Shown in pieces: positions 37,095-47,626 of a DNA stretch of 64,000 nt (the first letter of the stretch is position 1; every line of letters starts with the position of its first letter). Source of the DNA: an uncultured Gammaproteobacteria bacterium (GTDB taxonomy: Bacteria > Patescibacteriota > Microgenomatia > Levybacterales > UBA12049); assembly GCA_964416445.1 (NCBI GenBank), contig CAYQEE010000005.1:52060-116059 (forward strand), read 5' to 3'. The position numbers were made by a program, and so were the translations under genes. Under the pieces are notes generated by a model, which saw nothing but the letters and a program-made list of their open reading frames with translations, ran no database searches and was not told where the DNA came from.

Positions 37095-39548
37095 ATGACA
37101 CAAGTAATACAAACAAAGCAAACCAACTTTGCAGGTACCTTACGAGAGAAAGTATTTTTAGATAGATATGCTTTAAAAGGTAAAGATGGTGAATTATTAG
37201 AACATACTCCTGAAGAAATGTGGGCTCGTGTTGCAAGAGGGATAGCAAAGAACGAAAAACTTGCGGTTCGCAATAAATGGGAAAAAGAATTTTATCGCGT
37301 TATGGAAGATTTCAAGTTTGTTCCTGGAGGAAGAATTAACTCGGGAGCAGGTACTGGATATCAAGTAACCTATTTTAATTGTTTTGTCATACCCTCACCA
37401 AAAGATTCTCGAGAAGGTATTCTTGAATCACTGAAGCAGTTAGTAGAAATTCAATCACGTTCGGGAGGAGTTGGATTAAACTTATCATCCCTTCGTCCTC
37501 GAGGTGCTCGCGTACGTAAAGTAAATGGAACGTCATCAGGTCCAGTAACCTGGGCTGGATTATTCTCATATGCAACACATGATGTGGTGCAACAAGGCGG
37601 TACGCGGAGAGGTGCAACTATGTTAATGCTTTGGGATTGGCATCCTGATATCGAAGAATTTATTACCGTAAAACAAGATTTGTCAAAAATTAATGGTGCT
37701 AACCTTTCGGTTTGTATTTCTGATGCCTTTATGGAAGCAGTAAAAAAAGATGCAGACTGGGATTTAGTTTATCCCGATTTGGACGATCCTCACTATGATG
37801 AAAAATGGAGTGGAGAAATTGATCAATGGAGAGCGATGGGTGGTAAAGTAAAAGTATATAAAACAATCAAAGCACGTGAATTGTGGGATTTGATTTGTAC
37901 AGCAGCGTGGAGATCAGCAGAACCTGGTCTTCATTTCTTGGAACGATCGAATAAACGTTCTAATACATGGTATTTTGAGCGTCTTGTCGCGACAAACCCT
38001 TGTGGTGAACAGCCGTTGGGGCCATGGGCAGTATGTAATTTAGGTGCAATGAACTTGTCAGCATATGTCAAAGATGCAGATCTTGCAAAAGGACAAGCTG
38101 GTTGGTTTGATTATGATTCTTTTGGAAAAGATGTTCGGGTCGCAATGCGTTTTCTTGATAATGTTATTGATCAAACATATTATTTCTTTAAAGAAAATGA
38201 AAAATGTGCAAAAGAAATTCGAAGAACCGGTCTTGGTATCATGGGACTTGGCGATACCCTCATTAAAATGCACTTGAAGTATGGAGGAGAAGATTCTGTG
38301 CCTGTCCTTGAAAAGATCTTTAAAACGCTTCGAGATAATGCCTATGAAGCCTCTTCTGATTTGGCAAAAGAAAAAGGAGCTTTCCCACAATTTGATAAAG
38401 AGAAATATTTGGAAGGATATCATATTAAGGCACTTTCTCCACAGCTTCGCAAAAAAATTATAACAAATGGCATTCGCAATGCAGTTCTCTTAACTATTGC
38501 TCCTACGGGAACGACCTCATTGGTATCAGGAGTGACATCAGGTATTGAACCTGTCTATGAATTTACCTTTATTCGGCGAGATCGGACAGGTGAGCATACG
38601 ATTTATCATCCATTATATGAACAATGGGAAGCTGCACATCCTGAAGAGGATCGACCAGAGTATTTTGTAAGTGCCAATGATTTAACACCACTCGAACATG
38701 CTCGTGTGCAAGCAGTAGCTCAGGAATATATTGATTCTTCTATTTCAAAAACGGTCAATGGGCCGAACAAGGACTCCATTGATGATGTGAAGAACTTATA
38801 CATGATGGCGTATGATATGGGATTAAAGGGAGTTACCTATATGCGTGATGGGTCTCGTCAAGGTGTATTAGAGCGGGTTGAGGAAAAGAAAGAGAAAAAA
38901 GAAGAAGTTCCAGCCATTCAACATCAGCCAGCTCTTCCAATTATGCCAATTATTTCTCGTCCACAACGTATAGAAGGTGCAACGTATGAAGCGAAAACTC
39001 CTGTTGGAGATACGTTTATCACTATTAACCATACTGATAATAAAGAACCATTTGAAGTATTTATTACGATCGGAAAATCCGGCTCAGACGTTGGTGCTAT
39101 GGCTGAAGCAATTGGTAGACTTATTTCTCTTAATTTACGTTCCAATAGTATGCTTCCACCTCGAGAGCGAGTAAGACAAATTGTTGCACAATTAACGGGG
39201 ATTGGTGGTGCACGAAGTGTTGGATTTGGGCCAAACAGAGTTCGATCTCTTCCTGATGCAATTGCAAAGGTGCTTTCACAACATTTTGATTTCTCTGTCA
39301 ACGGGAAAGTCGTTGATAAGACTGTGCTTCAACAATTTAACAATACCAATGGACATGCGGCGTCAGATAATGGTAGTAAGGCTTCATCTCATTCAGAAAA
39401 TGCAAAACAACTGCTTTTAGAAGGTGGACAAGAAACACTTCACGCGAGTACCAATATGTTTGATATTTGTCCAGAATGTGGTGTGAATAGCTTTGCTTAT
39501 GAAGAAGGTTGCAAAAAATGTTATAGTTGCGGTTATTCAGAGTGCTAG
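37095..39548 (+). CDS. nrdJ: Class II (adenosylcobalamin-dependent) ribonucleotide reductase with a TSCPD-like domain and C-terminal zinc ribbon
   Basis: 'NCFV', 'GGVG', 'TNPCGEQPL', 'IAPTGTTS', 'ISKTVN', 'YMRDGSR', C-terminal 'CPECG..EEGCKKCYSCGYSEC'. Confidence 0.95.
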   Translation: MTQVIQTKQTNFAGTLREKVFLDRYALKGKDGELLEHTPEEMWARVARGIAKNEKLAVRNKWEKEFYRVMEDFKFVPGGRINSGAGTGYQVTYFNCFVIPSPKDSREGILESLKQLVEIQSRSGGVGLNLSSLRPRGARVRKVNGTSSGPVTWAGLFSYATHDVVQQGGTRRGATMLMLWDWHPDIEEFITVKQDLSKINGANLSVCISDAFMEAVKKDADWDLVYPDLDDPHYDEKWSGEIDQWRAMGGKVKVYKTIKARELWDLICTAAWRSAEPGLHFLERSNKRSNTWYFERLVATNPCGEQPLGPWAVCNLGAMNLSAYVKDADLAKGQAGWFDYDSFGKDVRVAMRFLDNVIDQTYYFFKENEKCAKEIRRTGLGIMGLGDTLIKMHLKYGGEDSVPVLEKIFKTLRDNAYEASSDLAKEKGAFPQFDKEKYLEGYHIKALSPQLRKKIITNGIRNAVLLTIAPTGTTSLVSGVTSGIEPVYEFTFIRRDRTGEHTIYHPLYEQWEAAHPEEDRPEYFVSANDLTPLEHARVQAVAQEYIDSSISKTVNGPNKDSIDDVKNLYMMAYDMGLKGVTYMRDGSRQGVLERVEEKKEKKEEVPAIQHQPALPIMPIISRPQRIEGATYEAKTPVGDTFITINHTDNKEPFEVFITIGKSGSDVGAMAEAIGRLISLNLRSNSMLPPRERVRQIVAQLTGIGGARSVGFGPNRVRSLPDAIAKVLSQHFDFSVNGKVVDKTVLQQFNNTNGHAASDNGSKASSHSENAKQLLLEGGQETLHASTNMFDICPECGVNSFAYEEGCKKCYSCGYSEC

Positions 39549-39577
39549 GATACAGTAGGCTGCCTCGTTGAACTTGT

Positions 39578-39964
39578 ATGCAACTTATTAAACATCATCG
39601 GATAGTTTTTTCTAGTGCAATCATCTTTCTTATTATTCTTGGTGTGTTTTCATTTGCTGTAGTAAAGCATGCAGCTTATACGGATGAGTCAATAACTTCT
39701 TTCTCAACAAGGAGTGTACAACAGACAAATATACTTACCTATAAAGGAAAAAATGGTATCGATGCACTAACTCTTTTAAAACAAACGGCCTCGATTACAC
39801 AAAATCAATCAGGATTCGTAATAGCTATTAATAATCGAGTTGCTAACGCATCACACCGCGAGTATTGGGAATTTTTTATTAATGGAAAATTAGCTACTGT
39901 TGGTCCAGCAAGTTATTTGACAAAAAATAATGATATACTTTCCTGGAAACTTGCTCGCTATTAA
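39578..39964 (+). CDS. Membrane-anchored DUF4430 (transcobalamin C-terminal-like) protein
   Basis: N-terminal TM; 'GFVIAINN', 'YWEFFINGKLATVG...Y...ND...W'. Confidence 0.8.
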   Translation: MQLIKHHRIVFSSAIIFLIILGVFSFAVVKHAAYTDESITSFSTRSVQQTNILTYKGKNGIDALTLLKQTASITQNQSGFVIAINNRVANASHREYWEFFINGKLATVGPASYLTKNNDILSWKLARY

Positions 39965-39967
39965 CGT

Positions 39968-40531
39968 ATGAAAATTTACACGAAAACAGGTGATAAAGGG
40001 CAAACATCTCTTTTTGATGGAACAAGAGTTCCAAAAGATAACATACGAGTTGAAACCTATGGCACAATCGATGAGTTGAATAGTTCGATTGGAGTAGCCC
40101 TTGCACAATTACCAAAGTTAGCAACGCTCAATAAAATGAGAATAGTACTTAAAAATATTCAGCATGATCTTTTCGAAATTGGTGCAGTATTAGCAAATCC
40201 TCAGGAAGAACCATCTCCTCACATAAAGCAAGCGCTCTTAAAACATATTAGTAGTTTTGAAAACTTCATTGATGAGATGACCAATGAACTTCCTGAACTT
40301 ATGAATTTTATTCTTCCTGGGGGAAGTGTTTCTGGTGCAAATTTGCAACTTACTCGAGCAGTAAGTCGGCGAGTTGAACGAAACGTTATTGCTCTTTCAA
40401 AACAAGAGCGAGTTGAGCGAGAAATCATTATGTATTGTAACCGGCTATCAGATTTATTATTTACGATGAGTAGGTTTTGCAACTTTAAAGAAGGAAAGAA
40501 AGAAACCCCCTGGGAAAAACAGCTTGGGTAA
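39968..40531 (+). CDS. pduO: ATP:cob(I)alamin adenosyltransferase, PduO type
   Basis: 'KIYTKTGDKGQT', 'YGTIDELNS', 'FILPGG', 'RRVER', 'NRLSDLLF'. Confidence 0.93.
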   Translation: MKIYTKTGDKGQTSLFDGTRVPKDNIRVETYGTIDELNSSIGVALAQLPKLATLNKMRIVLKNIQHDLFEIGAVLANPQEEPSPHIKQALLKHISSFENFIDEMTNELPELMNFILPGGSVSGANLQLTRAVSRRVERNVIALSKQERVEREIIMYCNRLSDLLFTMSRFCNFKEGKKETPWEKQLG

Positions 40532-40642
40532 AGCTATTTATCTCGTGTCACTACATAATAAAAGTTTTCTTATTCATTTGCAAAAGGAAAGAAAAGATGT
40601 ATGATAGGAAAACGAACTTTTCATTTATTTTTCTTCACTGCC

Positions 40643-43279
40643 ATGCAAGAATTTACTACTCCCATGATGAAGCAATACCAGGAGATAAAGAAGCAATATA
40701 AAGATTGTTTATTATTTTATCGAATGGGTGATTTTTATGAATTGTTTATGGATGATGCCTATATTGGTGCACAAGTGCTGAACATTACATTAACAGGGAG
40801 ACCAAAAGGCAAAGATGGACGAATACCAATGGCAGGAGTTCCTTATCACGCTGTTGATAGCTATCTTGCGAAGTTAGTTAAAGCAGGGTATAAAGTCGCA
40901 ATTTGCGAACAAGTCAGTCTTCCGAATAAGTATGGAATTATCGATCGCGAGGTAATTCGTATTGTTACACCAGGAACAGTTCTTGATGAAAAAGCTCTTG
41001 ATAAAAAGGATAATAACTACATAATCAGTCTCTTGGTTGAAAATGACATGATTGCAATCAGTACTGCTGATATTTCAACAGGATATTTCTCCTCAATACA
41101 AATGCATACTCGCAATGTTGAACAAACAATAAAAGATGAACTTTCTCGATTACATCCATCAGAATGTATCTTGTCTGAACAACTTTATAATACTCCTGAA
41201 ATTTTGCGATATTTAAAAACTGAAAATACAATGAGCATCTGTTGTTTTAAAGATTGGGAGAACTATGCAACATCAGCAAAGCAAATATTAAAGAAACATT
41301 TTGGTGTCTCAACATTAGCAAGTTTTGGTATTGAAGATAAGCCGCTACTGTTGCAAACAGCAGCTACTCTTTTGGGATATCTCCAAATGACTCAAAAAAC
41401 AACCGTTGGACATATTAAGAAAATTGTTGTTCATCATGCTGAAGATAGTATGATTTTAGATAAATCAACCGTGATTAATCTTGAATTATTTTCAACAATT
41501 CGTGAACATACGCTACAAGGAACATTACTTCATATTTTAGATCAAACAATCACCCCTATGGGTGGACGATTGTTAAAACAATGGATGAAAAAACCACTTA
41601 TTCATCGTGATGAAATTATCCAACGATATGAAGCTGTTGATGAATTTCTACAATACTCTCAAGAAAGATTTATGGTGCGAGAATCGTTGCAAGCAGTTAT
41701 TGATATTGAGCGCATCCTTTCTCGACTGTCTGTCAATATTGGAAATGCAAGAGATTTAATCAATTTAAAAACCTCATTGAAAACAATCTTACATGTGAAA
41801 AAGCTGCTACAAAATAGGGAAGCGAATCTGATTAAAAACGTAGCAGCAGGTATTTCGAATGACGTTACTACCGTTATTCAAGTTATTGAAAAAATGATTC
41901 TTGATGAACCCAAAATTGAATTGCGGGAAGGTGGACTGATGAAAAATGGTATTAACGCTGATCTGGATAAATTGAGGAAAATTGTTAAAGGGAGTAAAGA
42001 TTGGATAGTTAATTTAGAACGGAAAGAACGAGAAAGAACAGGTATTGCTTCTTTAAAAGTACGATTTAATCAAGTATTTGGTTTTTATATCGAAGTGAGT
42101 AAAGCAAATCTTCATAATATTCCTGAAAATTATATTCGCAAACAAACATTGGTAAACGGAGAACGATATATTACTCCAGAATTAAAAGAGCAAGAAGAGA
42201 TTATTTTAACTGCTGAAGAAAAAATTAATCAATTAGAATATGCACTATATCAAGACGTTTTACATTCCGTATTATCCTATACAGTTAGTTTACAAAAAGC
42301 AGCAGAAAGTATTGCTATTCTTGATTGTCTCTCAACGTTTTCAGAACTGGCAGAAAAAAATAGTTATATACGGCCAAATCTTGTATCAACAGGTGAGTTA
42401 ACGATTATTGGAGGACGACATCCTGTTGTTGAAAAGCTTTTGGAAGAGAATGAATTTGTTCCCAATGATGTAGCAGTTGACTCAATTAATCAACAATTGC
42501 TTCTTATTACTGGACCAAATATGGCAGGAAAATCGGTATTTATACGACAAGTTGCTTTAATAGTTTTTATGAGTCAGATCGGTTGTTTTGTTCCTGCAAA
42601 AGAAGCGACGATTAGTATTGCAGATCGTATTTTCGTTCGCAGTGGTGCATCCGATGTGATTACATCTGGTCTCTCTACATTTATGGTCGAAATGGTTGAA
42701 ACGGCGCATATCCTTCATCATGCGACAAAAAATAGTCTTATTATTATGGATGAAATTGGAAGAGGAACGAGTACGTATGATGGAATTAGTATTGCGTGGG
42801 CAGTCGCTGAGTATCTAGTTATAACAGAAGATATAGCTGCAAAAACTCTTTTTGCAACTCATTATCACGAACTACAATCGTTAGAAAAAGAATATCCAGG
42901 CAAGATAAAAAATTTTCATATGGCTGTTGCAGATGAGAAAGGGGAACCAATATTTCTCCATACCCTTGTTTCTGGAGGAGCATCTCACAGTTTTGGTGTC
43001 GCTGTTGCAAAACTTGCTGGTGTTCCTGATCCAGTAATCCAAAAAGCAACGGAAATATTACATATTCTTGAAAAAAGGCATATGGAAAATACCACAGAAC
43101 CTGAGACAATGGAACAATCGAGTACAGTCCATCTAGTGGACAAATTGTTACATAAAGAATTAGAAGATATTGATATTCATCAGACAACCCCTCTTGAAGC
43201 ATTAAATAAGTTAGCAGCGCTCAAAGAAAAACTCAAAGTATTTAAAGGAACACAAAGTAAATTTTTAGAGGTAGATTAA
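40643..43279 (+). CDS. mutS: DNA mismatch repair protein MutS
   Basis: 'TPMMKQY', 'GDFYELF', 'TGPNMAGKS', 'STFMVEM', 'DEIGRGT', 'ATHYHEL'. Confidence 0.97.
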   Translation: MQEFTTPMMKQYQEIKKQYKDCLLFYRMGDFYELFMDDAYIGAQVLNITLTGRPKGKDGRIPMAGVPYHAVDSYLAKLVKAGYKVAICEQVSLPNKYGIIDREVIRIVTPGTVLDEKALDKKDNNYIISLLVENDMIAISTADISTGYFSSIQMHTRNVEQTIKDELSRLHPSECILSEQLYNTPEILRYLKTENTMSICCFKDWENYATSAKQILKKHFGVSTLASFGIEDKPLLLQTAATLLGYLQMTQKTTVGHIKKIVVHHAEDSMILDKSTVINLELFSTIREHTLQGTLLHILDQTITPMGGRLLKQWMKKPLIHRDEIIQRYEAVDEFLQYSQERFMVRESLQAVIDIERILSRLSVNIGNARDLINLKTSLKTILHVKKLLQNREANLIKNVAAGISNDVTTVIQVIEKMILDEPKIELREGGLMKNGINADLDKLRKIVKGSKDWIVNLERKERERTGIASLKVRFNQVFGFYIEVSKANLHNIPENYIRKQTLVNGERYITPELKEQEEIILTAEEKINQLEYALYQDVLHSVLSYTVSLQKAAESIAILDCLSTFSELAEKNSYIRPNLVSTGELTIIGGRHPVVEKLLEENEFVPNDVAVDSINQQLLLITGPNMAGKSVFIRQVALIVFMSQIGCFVPAKEATISIADRIFVRSGASDVITSGLSTFMVEMVETAHILHHATKNSLIIMDEIGRGTSTYDGISIAWAVAEYLVITEDIAAKTLFATHYHELQSLEKEYPGKIKNFHMAVADEKGEPIFLHTLVSGGASHSFGVAVAKLAGVPDPVIQKATEILHILEKRHMENTTEPETMEQSSTVHLVDKLLHKELEDIDIHQTTPLEALNKLAALKEKLKVFKGTQSKFLEVD

Positions 43280-43326
43280 TTTGTTTGTTTCTTGCTATTC
43301 AGGTAAATATTTTTTACAATTTTGAT

Positions 43327-43737
43327 ATGGTAGATCCACTCCAACCGAATACATCTTCCTTACAACAACCGACAGAACCTACCCCACCTGTTGCTCCACC
43401 AGCGTCTCATCCAAATCTTATCGTATTAATCATCTTTGCTATTATTCTTTTCGTTTTTTGTGGTGTAGGGTACATTTTATTACAAACACGCAAACCTTTT
43501 CCCCAAGCTGCTCAAACAGTTAATTCGCAATCTTCACCAACTCAGCCAATAATTGTTACACCCACTCCAGAGATTGTAGATACCGCACCTGGATTGCCAG
43601 CAAAGCAGAAGGCACAAGTTCAAATTCATCATTCTGACAGTACGTTTAGTACCTATCTTGTACCATTAACTAGTGTCTCCGCATATATTCACACATTACC
43701 CAAAGGTGATTCTGTTGTCAAAGTTGTAAACCCGTAA
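43327..43737 (+). CDS. Single-TM Pro-rich hypothetical protein between mutS and mutL
   Basis: Pro-rich N-terminus, one TM helix; TACAAT ends 6 nt before the ATG. Confidence 0.65.
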   Translation: MVDPLQPNTSSLQQPTEPTPPVAPPASHPNLIVLIIFAIILFVFCGVGYILLQTRKPFPQAAQTVNSQSSPTQPIIVTPTPEIVDTAPGLPAKQKAQVQIHHSDSTFSTYLVPLTSVSAYIHTLPKGDSVVKVVNP

Positions 43738-43794
43738 CAGCTTCTTAATTTCGTTGCATTTTTTATTTCGTGTATATTATGATGGAGCATACGT

Positions 43795-45498
43795 ATGAAA
43801 AAAATTCATCAGCTGTCTTTACCAGTTATTGCAAAAATAGCAGCAGGGGAAGTTATTGAACGTCCTGCATATGCAGTTAAAGAGCTTATTGAAAATGCAA
43901 TAGATGCGCATGCTAATTATATTACGATTCAAATTGAAGAAGCTGGACTGAAAAAGATTGTTGTAACTGATAATGGGGAAGGGATGGAAAAGGAAGATAT
44001 TCAAGAATGTTTTAAACCTCATACGACAAGTAAACTGAGCTCAGAAGAAGATTTGTTAGCAATTTCTTCACTCGGGTTCCGAGGGGAAGCACTTGCGAGT
44101 ATTGCAGCGATAAGTACGTTAACAATTAAAAGTAAATCTCTCAACGCAGTTGCAGGGACAATGATAAGAATTCATAATGGGAAGGTTTTGGAGGTGTTAC
44201 CAGTTGGTATGCCATCAGGAACAAGTATCCGAATTGATAACTTATTTTCTTCAGTTCCTGGAAGAAAGAAATTTTTAAAAAGCATCCGAACTGAATTTCG
44301 ACATATTGTTGATGTCGTAATGCATTATACTCTTGCTTACCCCACTATTCGATTTTTTCTCACGCATGATAAACGAATTATTTTAGATGCTCCCCCAAAT
44401 CAATCGATAGGAGAACGCATATCCTTAATACTCGGCAAACAAATATTTAATCAACTGATACCATTTTCTTATTCTGAAGAAAATATTACTCTTTCTGGTT
44501 TTATCTCACATCCACAACTGACGACGCAATCAACGCAAAAACAATATCTTTTTGTGAATAAACGGAGCGTCGTTGATCGACATATTAGTTCAATAATTAA
44601 AGAAGTGTATGGGAATCGTCTTGCTGCGACAACTTATCCTATCTATATCATTTTTTTGTCGATTCCTTTTGAGATGGTTGATGTCAATGTGCATCCTCGA
44701 AAAGAATATGTATTATTTGTTAATAGTGGCGTTGTTTCAGAACATATTGTAACTGCAATGAATCGTGCGCTTAATACTGTTCATGCTATTTTTTCGGCAC
44801 AATATAAAAATAGTGAACTTGTTCTGGGAGATAGTTTCCGTTCGGGGAACACCACTTCTTTTGCGGGAAGAACATTGAAAGAAGTTACGTCTCCTTGGCA
44901 ATTAAAAAGAGAGCTTCTCGATAGTACGTTAATCATGCAACTTCATAATGTTTATCTTGTTGTATCTACAAAATATGGCATGCTTTTGGTTGATCAACAT
45001 GCTGCTCATGAACGAATCCTGTATGAACAATATCAAAGAGCTTTTATTAAACAAAAGCAAAGCAAAAAAATCTTTACGTATTTAGAACCTATCCAATTTG
45101 AGGTTTCTCTGTCAGATGCAGAACTTGTTCAGGAACATAGAGCTCTTTTTACTACACTAGGATTTAATCTTGAACATTTCCACGATACAACATTTCTCTT
45201 GCGGAGTGTACCTTATCTTTTTCAAGATAGAGATTGTACGCAATTACTATTAGATGTTATTGACACTATTCGACAGGAAAAATCCACTGATGATATTGAT
45301 AAACAAACAAAACGAATGATTGCGTATCTTGCTTGTCGGAGTGCAGTGAAAGCAGGAGATAAACTTACTAGGGATGAGTCAAAAAACCTGATTGAACAGT
45401 TGGAAAAAACAGAAAATAATGCGACTTGTCCCCATGGAAGACCGACAAGAATCGAAATGCGACTTGAAGAACTACATAAAATTTTTAAGAGAAAATAG
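43795..45498 (+). CDS. mutL: DNA mismatch repair endonuclease MutL
   Basis: 'IAAGEVIERP', 'GFRGEAL', 'DVNVHP', 'DQHAAHER', 'CPHGRP'. Confidence 0.97.
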   Translation: MKKIHQLSLPVIAKIAAGEVIERPAYAVKELIENAIDAHANYITIQIEEAGLKKIVVTDNGEGMEKEDIQECFKPHTTSKLSSEEDLLAISSLGFRGEALASIAAISTLTIKSKSLNAVAGTMIRIHNGKVLEVLPVGMPSGTSIRIDNLFSSVPGRKKFLKSIRTEFRHIVDVVMHYTLAYPTIRFFLTHDKRIILDAPPNQSIGERISLILGKQIFNQLIPFSYSEENITLSGFISHPQLTTQSTQKQYLFVNKRSVVDRHISSIIKEVYGNRLAATTYPIYIIFLSIPFEMVDVNVHPRKEYVLFVNSGVVSEHIVTAMNRALNTVHAIFSAQYKNSELVLGDSFRSGNTTSFAGRTLKEVTSPWQLKRELLDSTLIMQLHNVYLVVSTKYGMLLVDQHAAHERILYEQYQRAFIKQKQSKKIFTYLEPIQFEVSLSDAELVQEHRALFTTLGFNLEHFHDTTFLLRSVPYLFQDRDCTQLLLDVIDTIRQEKSTDDIDKQTKRMIAYLACRSAVKAGDKLTRDESKNLIEQLEKTENNATCPHGRPTRIEMRLEELHKIFKRK

Positions 45499-45572
45499 TA
45501 GTAGCGTATTTAGCAATAATTCACACTACCAGTATTGTTCTCTTTGCAAAAATACGTTATAATTTTTTTATC

Positions 45573-45650
45573 AGAATTCCGAAGTCTGTGAAACTCAGAC
45601 GCTGTACCGCAACCGTTATAGTCGGGTCGCAGATTTTGGTGGGTATCACA
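45573..45650 (+). ncRNA. Cobalamin riboswitch (compact, class II-like)
   Basis: GAA-GTCTG-TGAAACT-CAGAC (P4 with T-loop); GCTGTACCGCAACCG-TTATA-GTCGG (P5/P6 core); downstream hairpin loop GGTAT complementary to L5 GTACC (kissing loop); TATAAT at 45558-45563. Confidence 0.75.
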
Positions 45651-45682
45651 CGATCCTCGAGTTAAGGATGCGTCAAGAAAGG

Positions 45683-45711
45683 AACCTTCTCGATTAGGAG
45701 AAGGTTTTTTT
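45683..45711 (+). terminator. Intrinsic terminator in the riboswitch expression platform
   Basis: AACCTTCTC-GATTAG-GAGAAGGTT followed by a T run ending 10 nt before ATG 45722. Confidence 0.8.
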
Positions 45712-45721
45712 GTGGAAAATT

Positions 45722-47617
45722 ATGTTTAATGAATCACCCAGGAGACAACAAACAGCAACACTTACTCGAAATGCCCAGATGATTGGTCTTTATCTTAATC
45801 TTTATAGAGTTCCTCTCAACAGGCCAGGTATAGCTCTTCCCAGATCACAAGAGGCAAGGCAGGATTTAATAGATGGTGGATTTACACCCGAACAGCAACA
45901 AATATTACAAAGACAACGATTACAATTTCGCGAAAACTATTTGACGATCGATGGCTCTCATGATCAATTGCCCCTACCATCTCATTCGCCGTTATTCACT
46001 GATGGACAATGGCAGCATTATGAGAAAATGCGAGAACAATATAGGTATGGATTATATGATACGGTACAAACTGCTTCTCCGACAGACACCTCGCAATTTA
46101 CCCAAGAACAATTAGAAAAGTTAGTAGAGCTACGAAATCAAATACGAAGAAGTACTCGTAATGAATTTGCGGGTGATATTTCACAAATTAAACAGTTACG
46201 AAAACAATGTGAAGCTGCAGGTATTACCTTTATTAAAAAAAATGAAGATGGAACAAATCAAAAAATAGCGTATGATCCTATCTTAGATGTCTTTAATTTA
46301 TTTAAAATACAGGCAGAAAATCCCAGTGCATTGAAAGATTTTCGTCGGGAAATCATCAAAAATTCAATTACAAATTTATTAGAACGGTATCGTTCAGATA
46401 GAAGTGTGCATCGATTTCAATTAAAAGAGGGAAAATTATTTTCAGAATATTTTCAAAACGAACCTTTTACAAAAATTATCGCTCGAGGAATTAGCCATCT
46501 TCAAGAAGAAGGATCATTAACACAAATACGCGAGAGAAGAGAATTAGAAGGATTTGAATGGAAGGAAAGATATCTTCAAGCCGCACCGATTGGAGCGATG
46601 GTGCTGTTTCTTTCTCCACCATACTTGGAGCGATATCCCGAAAAATTTGTTGATATCTCGATAAAAAAACAAGATCATCTCACCGGAGAAACATATATTG
46701 AAGAAATTCGGTTTAAATATGATAGCTTAACAGCTCATGATTATTGGAATATTGCCACAAGGCTTGATCCACGGTATTTTGATGGATTTATACCACCTTC
46801 TCTTGATGCAAATCCTAATGAGGTCATGACGCTTGATGCATGGTGCGTTGGAAAAGGAATTCCCATTGTGGGAGAATCTCCAGATGCAGTATTTAAATCA
46901 TTAATTGGATCAATTGATCCAGAAAAAGAAGCAAAGATAGATTTTATTTTAAAATGTTCAGAACATCCAATATTTGATTTCTATCTTCCAAGTTTGTTAG
47001 AATCACGATTTACAGCGAAGCAAGATTGGATACGATTAGGCAAAGCTTTTCAATCAATATTAACTTTCTCTCAAAATGCAAGAGATTTATATGATACTTA
47101 TGGTAATAATCATACAGTCTTGGATAGAATGGATTTTGAGACTGCAAAAAAACATGTCTATGCATATATTCAGAGTCAAAAGCATAAATCAGTAAGTAAT
47201 CTTGCTCTTCCGAATACAGTGGACATTTCTTATGAAAGGTATCTTCAACAGAAATTACCTCCAACACAGTTTCAAATGGATACGTTAAGCAAATTACAAG
47301 CAGAGGAGCTTGCTATTGGATGTGGAAGATCTGGGAATGTCCTTATTAATGAAGGTACTAATACTGTTTCTCAAGAAATGGAATCTCGAGCAATGGGTAG
47401 CCTTAATAGATTAAATAAATATAACACTTCGAAAGTGGTAAACAAAGAAAAGTCAGGAAGTAAAGAATCTGAATTATTCCAGTGTCCAGAATGTAATCAA
47501 TATTTTGTTCCTCCTGTTGGGGAATCATGTCCACCAAATAAATTGTCTATCGAAGGTTTCCTTGGATGTGGATATAGTAAAAAAGAAGCTATCGCTCAAG
47601 GAGCGGCTGTTTGTTAA
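45722..47617 (+). CDS. Large hypothetical protein with a C-terminal Cys cluster
   Basis: About 630 aa; 'RERRELEGF', 'LSPP', 'GCGRSG', 'CPEC...CPP...GCG...C'. Confidence 0.75.
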   Translation: MFNESPRRQQTATLTRNAQMIGLYLNLYRVPLNRPGIALPRSQEARQDLIDGGFTPEQQQILQRQRLQFRENYLTIDGSHDQLPLPSHSPLFTDGQWQHYEKMREQYRYGLYDTVQTASPTDTSQFTQEQLEKLVELRNQIRRSTRNEFAGDISQIKQLRKQCEAAGITFIKKNEDGTNQKIAYDPILDVFNLFKIQAENPSALKDFRREIIKNSITNLLERYRSDRSVHRFQLKEGKLFSEYFQNEPFTKIIARGISHLQEEGSLTQIRERRELEGFEWKERYLQAAPIGAMVLFLSPPYLERYPEKFVDISIKKQDHLTGETYIEEIRFKYDSLTAHDYWNIATRLDPRYFDGFIPPSLDANPNEVMTLDAWCVGKGIPIVGESPDAVFKSLIGSIDPEKEAKIDFILKCSEHPIFDFYLPSLLESRFTAKQDWIRLGKAFQSILTFSQNARDLYDTYGNNHTVLDRMDFETAKKHVYAYIQSQKHKSVSNLALPNTVDISYERYLQQKLPPTQFQMDTLSKLQAEELAIGCGRSGNVLINEGTNTVSQEMESRAMGSLNRLNKYNTSKVVNKEKSGSKESELFQCPECNQYFVPPVGESCPPNKLSIEGFLGCGYSKKEAIAQGAAVC

Positions 47618-47626
47618 AATATACAT

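Noticed and set aside
37095-39548. Intein or intron in nrdJ
   Set aside because: The frame is continuous with normal motif spacing and no intein splice or LAGLIDADG motifs; the extra length is the C-terminal TSCPD/zinc-ribbon region.
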